Assembly (NCBI GenBank): GCA_034669905.1
Contig: JAXMOL010000054.1
Location: 1-49,650 of the forward strand
DNA from: Candidatus Hydrogenedentota bacterium
GTDB lineage: Bacteria; Hydrogenedentota; Hydrogenedentia; Hydrogenedentales; JAEUWI01
Direction of reading: 5' to 3'
DNA: 49,650 nt
Shown: one piece after another, positions 9,481 to 19,070 of the stretch
How the letters are laid out: every line of letters starts with the position of its first letter
Position numbering within the stretch: position 1 is the first letter of the stretch
Program-made: the position numbers and the translations under genes
Notes under the pieces: model-generated
Told to the model about the DNA's origin: nothing
The model's database searches: none
Seen by the model: only the letters and a program-made list of their open reading frames with translations

Positions 9481-10137
9481 ATGTGGAAACATGGGAACGA
9501 TAGGCAGGCCCCCCGCGTGGTCCTTACGCCGCTACTGACGGCCCTGGCCGTGCTGGTCTGGTATGCGCCTGGGCTCAGCGATGCCTGGCGCTATGAGCAG
9601 GCCCGGGGCCTGGATCAGGCCTGGCGCCTTTTGACCTGCCACTGGGTCCATTGGACGGGTGGCCACCTGTTCTGGTCGGGCGGGGCGTTTCTGGTTTTGG
9701 GCGCCGCCTGCGAGGAATTGGGGCGCTGGCGCTACTTGGTCTGTGTGGTGGCCTCGGCAGTGTTGATTCCCCTGGGACTGGCTTATTGGACGCCCGACCT
9801 CGCGACCTACGGCGGACTTTCGGGTATTGATTCGGCCTTCTTTGGAATGTTGGCGGTGGCCATGGCCCGGGATTCCCTGGCAGCCCGACGTTGGTATGGT
9901 GTTGCCCTGGTGGGGCTGTTGTGTGTGGGCTTCGCCGTCAAGATCGGCTATGAAATGGTGACGGGTACGGCCGCCTTCGTGGGGCCCACAGACGCCATGG
10001 TGCCCGTGCCCCTGGCCCACATCATTGGCATGGTCGTAGGCCTCGCTGTCGGGGCGGGGGGCTGGTGGGTGGACCGCGCAGCGAAACGGGAGACATGGGG
10101 CGCGGCACCGTCTCAGGGACTGTCTCGCCCCGCGTGA
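9481..10137 (+). CDS. Rhombosortase (rhomboid-family intramembrane serine protease)
   Basis: WRLLTCHWVH...HL, YGGLSG (catalytic Ser), VPLAHIIG (catalytic His), multiple TM segments, directly downstream of a GlyGly-CTERM protein. RBS AAAGGA. Confidence 0.9.
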   Translation: MWKHGNDRQAPRVVLTPLLTALAVLVWYAPGLSDAWRYEQARGLDQAWRLLTCHWVHWTGGHLFWSGGAFLVLGAACEELGRWRYLVCVVASAVLIPLGLAYWTPDLATYGGLSGIDSAFFGMLAVAMARDSLAARRWYGVALVGLLCVGFAVKIGYEMVTGTAAFVGPTDAMVPVPLAHIIGMVVGLAVGAGGWWVDRAAKRETWGAAPSQGLSRPA

Positions 10138-10359
10138 CGTTGCAGTGCTATGAATGGCTATGGACGTCTCGCGTCGTTGCCGTAGGTGCGGTGTCATCAA
10201 TGGGCGTGGCTGTCCCGTCGTTTGCGGAGTTGGCGGCGAGTCGCCTTCGCGAACGACGGGACAGCCCCCGCCGTCTTCGTGTTGTGGGGTGGGGGGGATC
10301 GCTATGCTGGCCTGCATGGGTCTGCGGGTACCTGACGTCGTATGGCGCGGCAGTCCCTG
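10114..10359. repeat. Family A REP unit downstream of the RAYT
   Basis: CAGGGACTGTCTCGCCCC at 10114-10131, hairpin A1 at ~10209-10265, GGCGCGGCAGTCCCTG at 10344-10359. Confidence 0.9.
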
Positions 10360-10361
10360 GT

Positions 10362-10997
10362 TTAGCGCTCACGTTTCCATGTGTCGACCCGGCTCAGAAA
10401 TGCCGGCTCCTTCCCTAAGGGGCGCCCCTTCTGTGTATGTCGCCGCACGCTATCGGCCATCGCCGTATCCTTTTCCGACACGCTGAGCATTTCAAACCAA
10501 CTCTCTGCCGTGAAGCGACGAAACCAGCGGGTGAGGTCGAGCAGTCGGTCACCCCGTTGGCCCAGATGGGGTGCTGCGCTGGACCAGGGATAGCCCCAGG
10601 CTTCTTGTACCATTCCCGCCCGCAATGGATTCAGTTCGACGTAGGCAATGGCGTTTACGGCGTGTTCTGCGTCCATGGGGCACGAATAGAATCGGCTCTG
10701 CCAGAGGTGACCACTTTGTTCGTACTTGGTATGAAAGTGCTCGGTGTATTGTTGGTGGGTTCGTCCAAGCGCTTCTGCAAGAGAATCCTCGCTTGCAGGT
10801 ATTCCTACCAAGTGTAAGTGATTGGACATGAGACAGTAGGCGACGATTCTCAATTGATGGCCATTACTGTGACGGTGCAGGAGTTCGAGATAGGTGTGGC
10901 GATCGTCGTCGTCGAGAAAAACGTCGCACTTGTTGTTGCCCCGTTGCGTCAAATGATGTGCTACGCCGGGTATGACGATACGCGGAGATCTTGGCAT
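10362..10997 (-). mobile_element. REP-associated tyrosine transposase (RAYT / TnpA-REP, Y1 HUH family)
   Basis: MPRSPR..HHLTQRGNN..VF, YCLMSNHLHL (HUH motif), GHLWQSRFYS, YVELNPLRAGMV (catalytic Tyr), YPWSSA. Flanked by REP arms. Confidence 0.93.
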
Positions 10998-11039
10998 GCG
11001 ATGAGGATATCGGGTATCGGGGAGTTGGTCAAGAAAAAT

Positions 11040-11581
11040 CAGGGACCGTCTCGCCCCGAGTGAAATCGCGGTTGCGGGAATGACGGCGGACGGCTCGTGT
11101 TTTGGCGGTAGGTATAGTGTCGTAAACGGGCGTGGCTGTCCCGTCGCCTGGGGAGCTGGCGGTGGGTCACCCTCGCGAACGACGGGACAGCCCCCGCCGT
11201 CTTCGTGTTGTGGGGTGGGGGTCTTCGCTTTGCTGGCCTATTCGTGACTGTTGGTTCATGAAGCCGCGGGGCGAGGCAGTCCCTGATGTACGTCCCGTCG
11301 TTTGGGAAGCTGGCTGCGGGTCATCTTCGCGAACGACGGGACAGCCCCCGCCGTCTTCGTGGTTTTGGCTGGGGGGTATCGCTTTGCTGGCCTGCACGTG
11401 AGTATGCGGGTACCTGACGTCGCGAGGCGAGGCAGTCCCTGATGCGCGATGGCGTCTACCCTCAGGGACCGTCTCGCCCCCAGTGAAGTCGCAGTGCCGT
11501 GATTGGCTATGGACGACTTGTGTTGTCGCGGAAGGTGCGGTGTCACTAACGGGCGTGGCCGTCCCGTCGTTTGGGGAGCTG
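11040..11581. repeat. Family A REP array upstream of the RAYT
   Basis: A2 arms at 11040-11057, 11268-11285 and ~11426-11480. A1 hairpins at ~11137-11191 and ~11292-11345. Unpaired A1 left arm at 11561-11571. Confidence 0.9.
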
Positions 11582-11687
11582 AGACTGGACTGGGTTACAT
11601 CGCCTTTCGGCCTCGCTTGGGCGACATGCTATAGTGCCGGGAATTGTTTGACTGGGGACTATGTCCGCCCGAAACGGAGGTATTGCC

Positions 11688-13256
11688 ATGCTTGCTGGCC
11701 CGAAAACAATTCTCATGGCGCTGTGCGCGTTGCTGGCACCCCTTGTCGTCTGTGCGGCGGAGGACCCCTATCGCTCGCAGGCCCAGGCCTATGCCGATGC
11801 CATGTTGGAATTCGGCCGCGATCATTATGGCCCCACGTCCTCTCCTGATTTTGCGACGACAATCGACCTCCGCACTATGCGCATGCCCTTGGAATCCACC
11901 GAGGCCACGATAGCACTCCATGGGGAATACTTTCGTTCGGATGACTACGCCACGTCGTCCAATCCCATGTATCACATCGACCTCTACCAACTGCTCTTTG
12001 CCCTCTCGGCCATCACCGGGGATAACCAATACCGCGTGGCGGGGGAGCAGTCCATCCGGTGGTTTTTTGAGAACGCCCAGAGCGAGAAGACGGGCCTGTT
12101 ATCCTGGGGCGAGCATATGGGGTGGGACCTCGTTAAGGACGACTATACCGTGGGCGGCGTCCGGAAGGATGGCAAGTTCAGTCGCTCCGATACCCACGAG
12201 TTCTACGGGCCCTGGCTCCATTGGGACCGGACGTGGGCGGTGGCACCCATTCCGGCGCGGGACTTTGCCACGGGCCTTTGGGAACACCAGATCGGGGATC
12301 ACGACACGGGCGCATTTTCACGCCATGCCAAGTACAGCAGTCACGGCCCGGGAAAGGGGTACGAGTTTGCCCGCCAGGTGGGCTTCTACCTGGACACGTG
12401 GGCAGCGGCTTATGCCCATGATGGCAGCGACGAGTATCTGGAAGCCATTCGGCGGATGACCCGCGCGGTGGATGGCTGGCGGAGCGAGGGAAGCCGCCTC
12501 ATTCCTTTCGAGGGTAAGTCGCCCCAGGTGGCCTTTGTGTTGCACAATCTCGCCTTCGCGGTGGATGGGTGGCGCGCGGCGCAGCGCCTGCCAGAACGGG
12601 AGAAAGCGGCCTTGGAGGCGCTGATTCATGCTGTGGACGACGCGTTGCTCGCCTTGAAGCAAGACCTCACCCTGGAGGGCGAAGGATTCGCCAAGATTGT
12701 GGACTCGAAGACGGGGGCCGTTTCCAATGAGGCCATGTTTGAAGCGCGGCCCCAATATTCAGAGGAGCAAATCAATCAGCGCTATTGGCCGTGGGGCGGT
12801 CTGTGGGCTTCCGAATATGGCGCGGGTTCCTATACCGACGCCCGCCATGCGCTGCTTTGTTTCTATCGCTGGCGGCAGACGAAGAAGGAAGCGTATAAGA
12901 CGCTTGCGCTAAAGACAGCGGACCGGTATCTGGCGAGCATGCCCGACACCGCTAAACTGCCCCTGGCGCCTAAGACGCTCGCCCCCGTCATGGGCCTGCT
13001 CCACGGAGCCTATCGCATTTCCGGTGAGGACAAATACCTCACGAAGTCGGCCGAACTCGCAGAACTGGCGCGGGCGGAATTGTTCCTCGACGGCAAGGCT
13101 CTTCCCCTGGCAACGCAGTTTGGAGACAGGTATCCCTACTACGCGGCCGTAAGCTACGGCGATTCCCTCATGCTCATGTTCTTTGAACTGGGCCTGCTTC
13201 GGGAGGGTCGGCTGAGCGATGTGGAACGCCTCGATATAGGCTGCTCCATACGTTAG
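11688..13256 (+). CDS. Secreted PL2-like lyase, copy 2 (paralog of 3913-5481)
   Basis: Colinear with copy 1. Hand count gives about 47 differences in ~522 aa, concentrated in the signal peptide. RBS GGAGG. Confidence 0.75.
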   Translation: MLAGPKTILMALCALLAPLVVCAAEDPYRSQAQAYADAMLEFGRDHYGPTSSPDFATTIDLRTMRMPLESTEATIALHGEYFRSDDYATSSNPMYHIDLYQLLFALSAITGDNQYRVAGEQSIRWFFENAQSEKTGLLSWGEHMGWDLVKDDYTVGGVRKDGKFSRSDTHEFYGPWLHWDRTWAVAPIPARDFATGLWEHQIGDHDTGAFSRHAKYSSHGPGKGYEFARQVGFYLDTWAAAYAHDGSDEYLEAIRRMTRAVDGWRSEGSRLIPFEGKSPQVAFVLHNLAFAVDGWRAAQRLPEREKAALEALIHAVDDALLALKQDLTLEGEGFAKIVDSKTGAVSNEAMFEARPQYSEEQINQRYWPWGGLWASEYGAGSYTDARHALLCFYRWRQTKKEAYKTLALKTADRYLASMPDTAKLPLAPKTLAPVMGLLHGAYRISGEDKYLTKSAELAELARAELFLDGKALPLATQFGDRYPYYAAVSYGDSLMLMFFELGLLREGRLSDVERLDIGCSIR

Positions 13257-13305
13257 GGGGTGCGACTCCCATCAGGGGAGTGTGGATGGCCGTGGGGCGA
13301 TCGGG

Positions 13306-14255
13306 CCAACGACGGGACGGCCCCCGCCGTCTCCGTGTTGTGGGGTGGGGGGTATCGCTTTGCTGGCCTGCGTGGGTCTGCGGGTACCTGATGTCGTGTG
13401 GCGAGGCAGTCCCTGATGCACGACGTCGTCTACACCCAGGGACCGTCTCGCCCCCTGTGAGGTCGCAGTGTCATGAAGGGCTATGGACGTTTCGTGATGT
13501 TACCGTAGGTGCAGCGTCGTGAACGGGCGTGGCCGTCCCGTCGTTTGGGAAGCTGGCTGCGGGTCATCTTCACCAACGACGGGACAGCCCCCGCCGTCTT
13601 CGGGTTCTTGGGTGAGGGGTATCGCTATGCTGGCCCGCGTGAGTATGCGGGTACCTGAGGTCGCGAGGCGCGGCAGTCCCTACAGCGTGTCCCGTCGTTT
13701 GCTGCGCAGGCGGCGGGTCAACCTCGCTAACGACGGGACAGCCCCCGCCGTCTTCGTGTTGTGGGGTGGGGGGTATCGCTATGCTGGCCTGCACGTGAGT
13801 ATGTGAGTACCTGACGTCGCGAGGCGCGGCAGTCCCTGATGCACGCCGTCGTCTACACTCAGGGACCGTCTCGCCCCATGTGACGTTGCGGTAGTGAAGC
13901 AGCCTATGGACGACTTGTGTTGTCGCGGTAGGTGCAGTCTCGTGGACGGGCGTGGCCGTCCCGTCGTTTGCTGCGCAGGCGGCGGGTCAACTTCACCAAC
14001 GACGGGACAGCCCCCGCTGTCTTCGTGTTCTTGGGTGGGAGTCATCGCTTTGCTGGCCTACGTGAGTATGCGGGTAACTGACGTCGCGAGGCGAGGCAGT
14101 CCCTACGGCGCGTCCCGTCGTTTGGAGAGCTGGCTGCGGGTCAATCTCGCCAATGATGGGACACCCACTGCCATCTTTGTTTTGTGTGGGGAGGGTTCTC
14201 AGATGGACCTTGACGCGGCTGTTGCTACCCGAAGGCGCGTGGCGCGGCAGTCCCT
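13306..14255. repeat. Family A REP array (~5 modules)
   Basis: Unpaired A1 right arm at 13308. A1 hairpins at ~13535, ~13688, ~13958 and ~14112. A2 hairpins at ~13400-13455 and ~13823-13877. Confidence 0.9.
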
Positions 14256-14374
14256 ACTGCGCGTACCCAGCTCCTTTGTTGCGGTAGCGGTTTTCCTGAT
14301 ACGATAGGAATTATGGAGTGTGGGCGACGCAGGTGCCGTCTGAGAGAGCACAATCACTTCGCGGAGGGCAGAGA

Positions 14375-15004
14375 ATGCAGCAGTTACTCCTGAGGATTTG
14401 CTGGGCCGTAGCCCTATTGCTGGCGGCCCCGATGATGTCCTGCGTCCATACACCCGCTCCTCATGTTCACGGTACCGTTAACCCCATACCTCAAGGTACC
14501 TCGTTCGTGGTTGAGGGTTATGTCATCGACGCTGAGACTGGCGCGTCCATTCCACATGCGGTACTCTATCTCGTGGATGTTCGCCCGGAAAACTGGGAGC
14601 ACCTTGACCAATATAGCGCACGCTTGGGCACCGCCAATCGTTCGGGTCACATTGATCTGGCCATCAATTGGTTGACGACTTTCGACTTAGCCGGGGAGCC
14701 GAAGTTCATGCAGGGCTATGATCGACTGCGTGATACGGAGGGTTTGGTGACCTGGGCGGAGGGGCGCTGTCGTGGGGGCGAGCTCGGAAGCATTGCTCTC
14801 GCCTTGGTTGCCGGTCGATATGAATGGCGATACGAAATGGTCGATGCGACGAAACTGAAGCCAGAAGCCGACGGTACACTGATCATCGAGCTCGGCCAGA
14901 TCGAGCTCCAACCCCGTCCGGCCTCTGAGTATCTGTTTTACGAGACGTTTGAAGCGGCGAGTGCGCTTGAAGACGCTGAAAGCGCGGCAGAGGACATGCC
15001 ATGA
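14375..15004 (+). CDS. Hypothetical lipoprotein, carboxypeptidase-regulatory-like N-terminal motif
   Basis: Hydrophobic signal ending PMMS-C. VEGYVIDAETGASIPHAVLYL motif. RBS GGAGG. Lower GC than core genes. Confidence 0.7.
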   Translation: MQQLLLRICWAVALLLAAPMMSCVHTPAPHVHGTVNPIPQGTSFVVEGYVIDAETGASIPHAVLYLVDVRPENWEHLDQYSARLGTANRSGHIDLAINWLTTFDLAGEPKFMQGYDRLRDTEGLVTWAEGRCRGGELGSIALALVAGRYEWRYEMVDATKLKPEADGTLIIELGQIELQPRPASEYLFYETFEAASALEDAESAAEDMP

Positions 15005-15570
15005 CGTGCGGACGGAACGTGATTGCTGTGATGGTTTTGTTCAATACCTTGGCGCAGGGTTGTGCCCATGTGGGAAATACGAATGGGGATGAGGCGGAAA
15101 AATCGTGGGATGCGTCGTCCGCTGTCTTGTATGTTTGGTATGGGGGTGACTTTAAAATCCGAGGGACAATTCGCAATGCCAATGATGGAGAAGCGGTTCC
15201 CTATGCGGAACTCACCTTTGTGGGCGCGAAGTTACCAACAGACTATGAGGGATTTGCAGGAAGAGTCGGCATGGCGGATCGAAATGGTGTCGTGGATCAG
15301 GTCTATTCCTACAATTGGTGTGCAACGTTGTCTGCTGCGGTTTTAGGGATGGATCGCGGAATGCTAGCGGGTTTGGACCGAGATGAAGTGGTGTTCGCAT
15401 TTGACGAAACCTACACGGCGACCAAGCGTATCGGAATAGAGATTCACAAACAGGGCTTTGAGCCATTTGAGGCTCAGTATTCACTTGCTGAACTGAGGTC
15501 GGAAGAGGGGCTCTCGGTTTCACTGGGCGACATCGAATTGCGACCCATAGAAGAAACGCCGAAGACCTAA
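15001..15570 (+). CDS. Hypothetical lipoprotein, distant paralog of 14375-15004
   Basis: ATGA overlap with the upstream gene. Lipobox LAQG-C. IRGTIRNANDGEAVPYAEL, VGMADRNGVVD and SLGDIELRP parallel motifs of the upstream protein. Confidence 0.7.
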   Translation: MTCGRNVIAVMVLFNTLAQGCAHVGNTNGDEAEKSWDASSAVLYVWYGGDFKIRGTIRNANDGEAVPYAELTFVGAKLPTDYEGFAGRVGMADRNGVVDQVYSYNWCATLSAAVLGMDRGMLAGLDRDEVVFAFDETYTATKRIGIEIHKQGFEPFEAQYSLAELRSEEGLSVSLGDIELRPIEETPKT

Positions 15571-15670
15571 CCCAGCCTCATGGTGGCGTCAAAGGTGCCT
15601 GTACGACTGCCAACATGCCGAACACCACATCGCCCTCGCCCAGACGGTAGAAGCCCTCTACACGAAGTAA

Positions 15671-15797
15671 GCTGCCGGTCATCTTCGCTGACGACGGGAC
15701 ACCCACCGCCGTCTTCGTGTTGTGTGGTGGGAGGCGTTTCCCGGTTGGCAACCACTCCGACCGTTCTACCCGCATACGCGGTGCGCGGCAGTCCCTA
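15671..15797. repeat. Degenerate family A half-unit
   Basis: CTGCCGGTCATCTTCGCTGACGACGGGACACCCACCGCCGTCTTCGTGTTGTG ... GCGCGGCAGTCCCT. Confidence 0.8.
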
Positions 15798-15869
15798 TGC
15801 AAAAACAGGGTGGACGGGTGCTTGATAGCGCGCCCATCCACCCCGTGGAAACCGTACGGTCTCGGTTAC

Positions 15870-17237
15870 TTATCCTTCGAGGGTCCAGCCGTCTCGGTAG
15901 GGACGTTTCAGGAACTGGTTGGCGGCGGCGTCATTGGTGACTTTACCCGCGGCCGCGTCATACTCGATTTTGTCGCCATGGCGATAGGCGACGAGGCCGA
16001 GGAGCAATTGCTCGATCATGTCGGCGCTGTATTCGAAGTTACAGGCCGTGTTGAGGTCGCCGCCTTTGGCCGCATCCAACCATTGTTTCTGAAAGTGACC
16101 CAGGGGCGGAATGAGCTCGGACTCGGGCCGGGGTTTGTAATAGGTCATGTCGGTCTTGGTGCCGTGGGGATAGAGCATGCGGGTGTCGAAGTCGCCGATG
16201 AGATAGCCGCTCGTGCCACGGAACATGACGCCGTGGCCAATCTCGTTGAGGTCCACGTACTTGATGGGGGACGCGGGCATATCACCTCCCTGGAACCACT
16301 TCACCGTGATGTCACCGCGCCAGTCGTTGGCTGGGTGCTCGAAGGTGGAGGTCATGCGGACGGGGGTCACCTCGGGGTTGTATTCCTCGCCGACGCCCGT
16401 GATGGTCGTGGGAATGGTGGCGTCAATGGCGTTCCAGGCGATGTCCATGGTGTGGCTGCCCATATCGCCGATCTGACCTGCGCCAAAATCCCAATACATA
16501 TTCCAGCTCAGGCAATTGACCCCCGCCGGTTTTTCGAAGTACCCGGGGTTGTAGGGGTGGAAGGGCGCCGGTCCGAGCCAGAGGTCGTAGTGGAGGTTTT
16601 TCGGGGGTTCGCCCGCAGCGGGGAGGTAGCCGGGGCTGGGCAATTGGCGGTTGCCCCAGACGCTCACTTCTTCCAGATCGCCGATGGCCCCATCCTGAAT
16701 CATTTCGCGGATACGGTTGAAGTTTTCCTTGGCATGGCGCTGCATGCCCACCTGGGTGGCGAGTTTATCTTTTTTGGGCAGGTATTTCGACCGGACGAGG
16801 CGGGCCTCTTCCACGCTGATGGCGAGGGGTTTTTCGCAGTAAATGTGGAGGTTGCGGTCAAGGGCCCAACTGGCGATGAAGGCGTGGGTCTGGTCGGTGG
16901 TGCAGCAGACCACGGCGTCGAGTTCGGGGTGGTCAAGGCATTCGCGCCAGTCCACATAGCGTTTGGCCTTGGGGAAGACTTCGCCCGCAAAATCGAGGTG
17001 CTCTTCATCCACATCGCAGATGGCCACCACGTTTTCGGGCTTCAGGGCGTCATAGTGAGCCCGGGCGCGGCCATCGGCCCCGATGAGGGCAATGTTGAGC
17101 TTGTTGCTCGGCGCACCGGGGGCGGCAAAGGTGCCACTGGGAAGGATGAGTAGTCCGGCACCTACGGCGGCGGTCTTGATGAAATCGCGTCGTTTGGGCC
17201 GGGGGGTATGGGACGGGGGAGTCTTGGGTGTGGTCAT
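15870..17237 (-). CDS. Gfo/Idh/MocA-family oxidoreductase, Tat-exported
   Basis: KRRDFIK Tat motif, [33 protein letters not shown] upstream of the ATG at 17237. Confidence 0.93.
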   Translation of the reverse strand: MTTPKTPPSHTPRPKRRDFIKTAAVGAGLLILPSGTFAAPGAPSNKLNIALIGADGRARAHYDALKPENVVAICDVDEEHLDFAGEVFPKAKRYVDWRECLDHPELDAVVCCTTDQTHAFIASWALDRNLHIYCEKPLAISVEEARLVRSKYLPKKDKLATQVGMQRHAKENFNRIREMIQDGAIGDLEEVSVWGNRQLPSPGYLPAAGEPPKNLHYDLWLGPAPFHPYNPGYFEKPAGVNCLSWNMYWDFGAGQIGDMGSHTMDIAWNAIDATIPTTITGVGEEYNPEVTPVRMTSTFEHPANDWRGDITVKWFQGGDMPASPIKYVDLNEIGHGVMFRGTSGYLIGDFDTRMLYPHGTKTDMTYYKPRPESELIPPLGHFQKQWLDAAKGGDLNTACNFEYSADMIEQLLLGLVAYRHGDKIEYDAAAGKVTNDAAANQFLKRPYRDGWTLEG

Positions 17238-17416
17238 GGGGGCAGGGTTCTCCTGAGGTTGCACTCTCCATAGGGGGTGGGTCAGAGAATGGAGCTCCCT
17301 GGCACCCCGATCGCCAAGGCGACCCCGCTATTTAAGCACAGTGCGACGCCGCAGGCAAGGGACGTGTTTGGCCTGTAATTCCAGGGAGCCGCCCATGGGG
17401 GAGAATAGGGGAGTCC

Positions 17417-18865
17417 CTATCCAGCATAGGGTTGCTTTCCCAGCATAAGACCGCCCTTGGCATCGCCGCCCAACCAGAGGTCCCACTTGGGCTCGGCGTA
17501 TTTTACGAAGAAGGCCTGGAGCCGCTTTCGGAGTTCCTCCTGGATGTCGGCGTGGGCGGAGCGACCATAGAGATTGAGGCGTTCGCCGGGATCTGTTTCC
17601 AGGTGGTAGAGTTCGTTCGGCTCCTCCCCGATGCGCTCGATATATTTCCACGTATCGGTCCGAATGGCACGGACGTTCTCAAATTCGTAGAAGACCGCAT
17701 TCTCCTGCGTGATGGTCTCGCCATGGAGGACGGGTGCGTAACTACGACCGGGGGACGGCGGGCTGGTCGGTTGTTGATCGCGGAGGCCCACGTAATCCAG
17801 CACGGTGGGCATGAGGTCGTAGTTGCTTACCAGCAGATCGGACACGGCACCGCCCGCAATTTGCCCCGGGTGTCGGACGATGAGGGGCACGTGCATGGTC
17901 CAGTCGAATGCGGTGAGGGGCCGTGTATGGTCGCCCATGCCCCAGAACCCGCTCTGGCCCCCGGCCAGGCCCTGATCGGCCGTGAAGATGACGAGGGTGT
18001 TGTCGTCCAAGCCGAGCCGCTTCAGCGCGGCCATGATTTCGCCCACGCCTGCGTCCACGCCGCTGATTTCTGAGGCATATTTGCGCGCCGCGGTGGCATT
18101 GTTCATCATCTGCTTGTTGTTGTAAAGCCAGGGATGGATGGTGTCGCGGGTGAAAGACGGCAACGTCTTATCCGCATAGTGGTCGGCAAACGCGTTGATA
18201 GGCGGCGTGGTGGCGCTCTTCCCCAATCCGTAGGGGCCGTTGTAGGCCAGGAAGAGGAAGAAGGGGCGCTCCTTATTTTCCTCTATGAATTCGATGCCCC
18301 GACGGGTCCAATAGGGCGTCTGGTGTTCCTCCAGGGTGGTGATTTCACCGTTCTCGATAATCTTCTGGTTGACGAAATCCACCGTGTGGCCCTCGGGCTT
18401 GGTTACCCAGAAGGAGAAACCCTCCTGGGGTTCCATGTTCGCGCCCAGATGCCACTTGCCGCTCAGACCGCAGACATAACCGGCCTCGTTGAGGATCTGG
18501 GGTAAGGTGTCGAACTCCTCCAGGGTGCGGTAGGCCTTCGGACCCATCATGACGTCCGGGTGAATGTATTTGTGGACGCCGTGCTGACTCGGCATGAGGC
18601 CCGTGAGGTAGGTGGCCCGGGTGGGCGAACACACGGCGTTGTTGGCGTAGGACCGGGTGAAGCGCACCCCTTCCGCCGCCATGCGGTCCAGGTGGGGCGT
18701 TTGGATGTCTTCGTTGCCATAGCAGCCCAGGGTCCACGCACCGTGGTTGTCGGTCAAGATGAAAACGATGTTGGGCCGTTCCGCCGCAAGGGCAAGGGCC
18801 TGGGTCAGCACAAGAAGCGCGGTGAGCATGGTTGATACGCGGCGTGGACGGAAGGGAGGTTGCAT
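17417..18865 (-). CDS. Formylglycine-dependent sulfatase (S1 family), secreted
   Basis: RPNIVFILTD, CSPTRATYLTG (CxPxR), GKWHLG, ELYHLETDPGE, signal peptide. RBS AAGGAG. Confidence 0.95.
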   Translation of the reverse strand: MQPPFRPRRVSTMLTALLVLTQALALAAERPNIVFILTDNHGAWTLGCYGNEDIQTPHLDRMAAEGVRFTRSYANNAVCSPTRATYLTGLMPSQHGVHKYIHPDVMMGPKAYRTLEEFDTLPQILNEAGYVCGLSGKWHLGANMEPQEGFSFWVTKPEGHTVDFVNQKIIENGEITTLEEHQTPYWTRRGIEFIEENKERPFFLFLAYNGPYGLGKSATTPPINAFADHYADKTLPSFTRDTIHPWLYNNKQMMNNATAARKYASEISGVDAGVGEIMAALKRLGLDDNTLVIFTADQGLAGGQSGFWGMGDHTRPLTAFDWTMHVPLIVRHPGQIAGGAVSDLLVSNYDLMPTVLDYVGLRDQQPTSPPSPGRSYAPVLHGETITQENAVFYEFENVRAIRTDTWKYIERIGEEPNELYHLETDPGERLNLYGRSAHADIQEELRKRLQAFFVKYAEPKWDLWLGGDAKGGLMLGKQPYAG

Positions 18866-18909
18866 GGCGCGGACTCCTTGAGGGTGGGCTACAAACGGTG
18901 CTGCAGGTC

Positions 18910-18937
18910 AGTGTAGCAGATGGTGTTGTGGAGTCAA
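18910..18937 (-). promoter_or_regulatory. Putative sigma70 promoter of the sulfatase
   Basis: Minus strand TTGACT-N16-TACACT with an extended TG. Confidence 0.55.
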
Positions 18938-18943
18938 TGGGGT

Positions 18944-18977
18944 GTCGGAAGGAACGCCCGGAGACGTTCCTTCCGAC
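18944..18977. terminator. Perfect 13-bp hairpin (possible terminator or 3' stabiliser)
   Basis: GTCGGAAGGAACG-N8-CGTTCCTTCCGAC with no clear U-tract. Confidence 0.45.
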
Positions 18978-19070
18978 GGGTGAGGGGTATTGGGTATGGG
19001 TTCGGTCAGGGAAATGACTGACCGGTGGGGGCACTGTGTACGAAGGGCGTCACCACGAAGACCTCCTCAG

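Noticed and set aside
7291..9492. Long antisense ORFs (also 15717-17153, 26566-27654, 28007-29092, 47311-48993)
   Set aside because: They are shadow frames opposite well-supported GC-rich genes.
10362..10997. Ordinary IS200/IS605 element
   Set aside because: No tnpB, the protein is longer than IS200 TnpA with RAYT-type motifs, and it is flanked by multicopy REPs.
13306..14255. Family A array as a CRISPR array
   Set aside because: Units are long and degenerate, the intervening segments are homologous to each other, and no cas genes are present.
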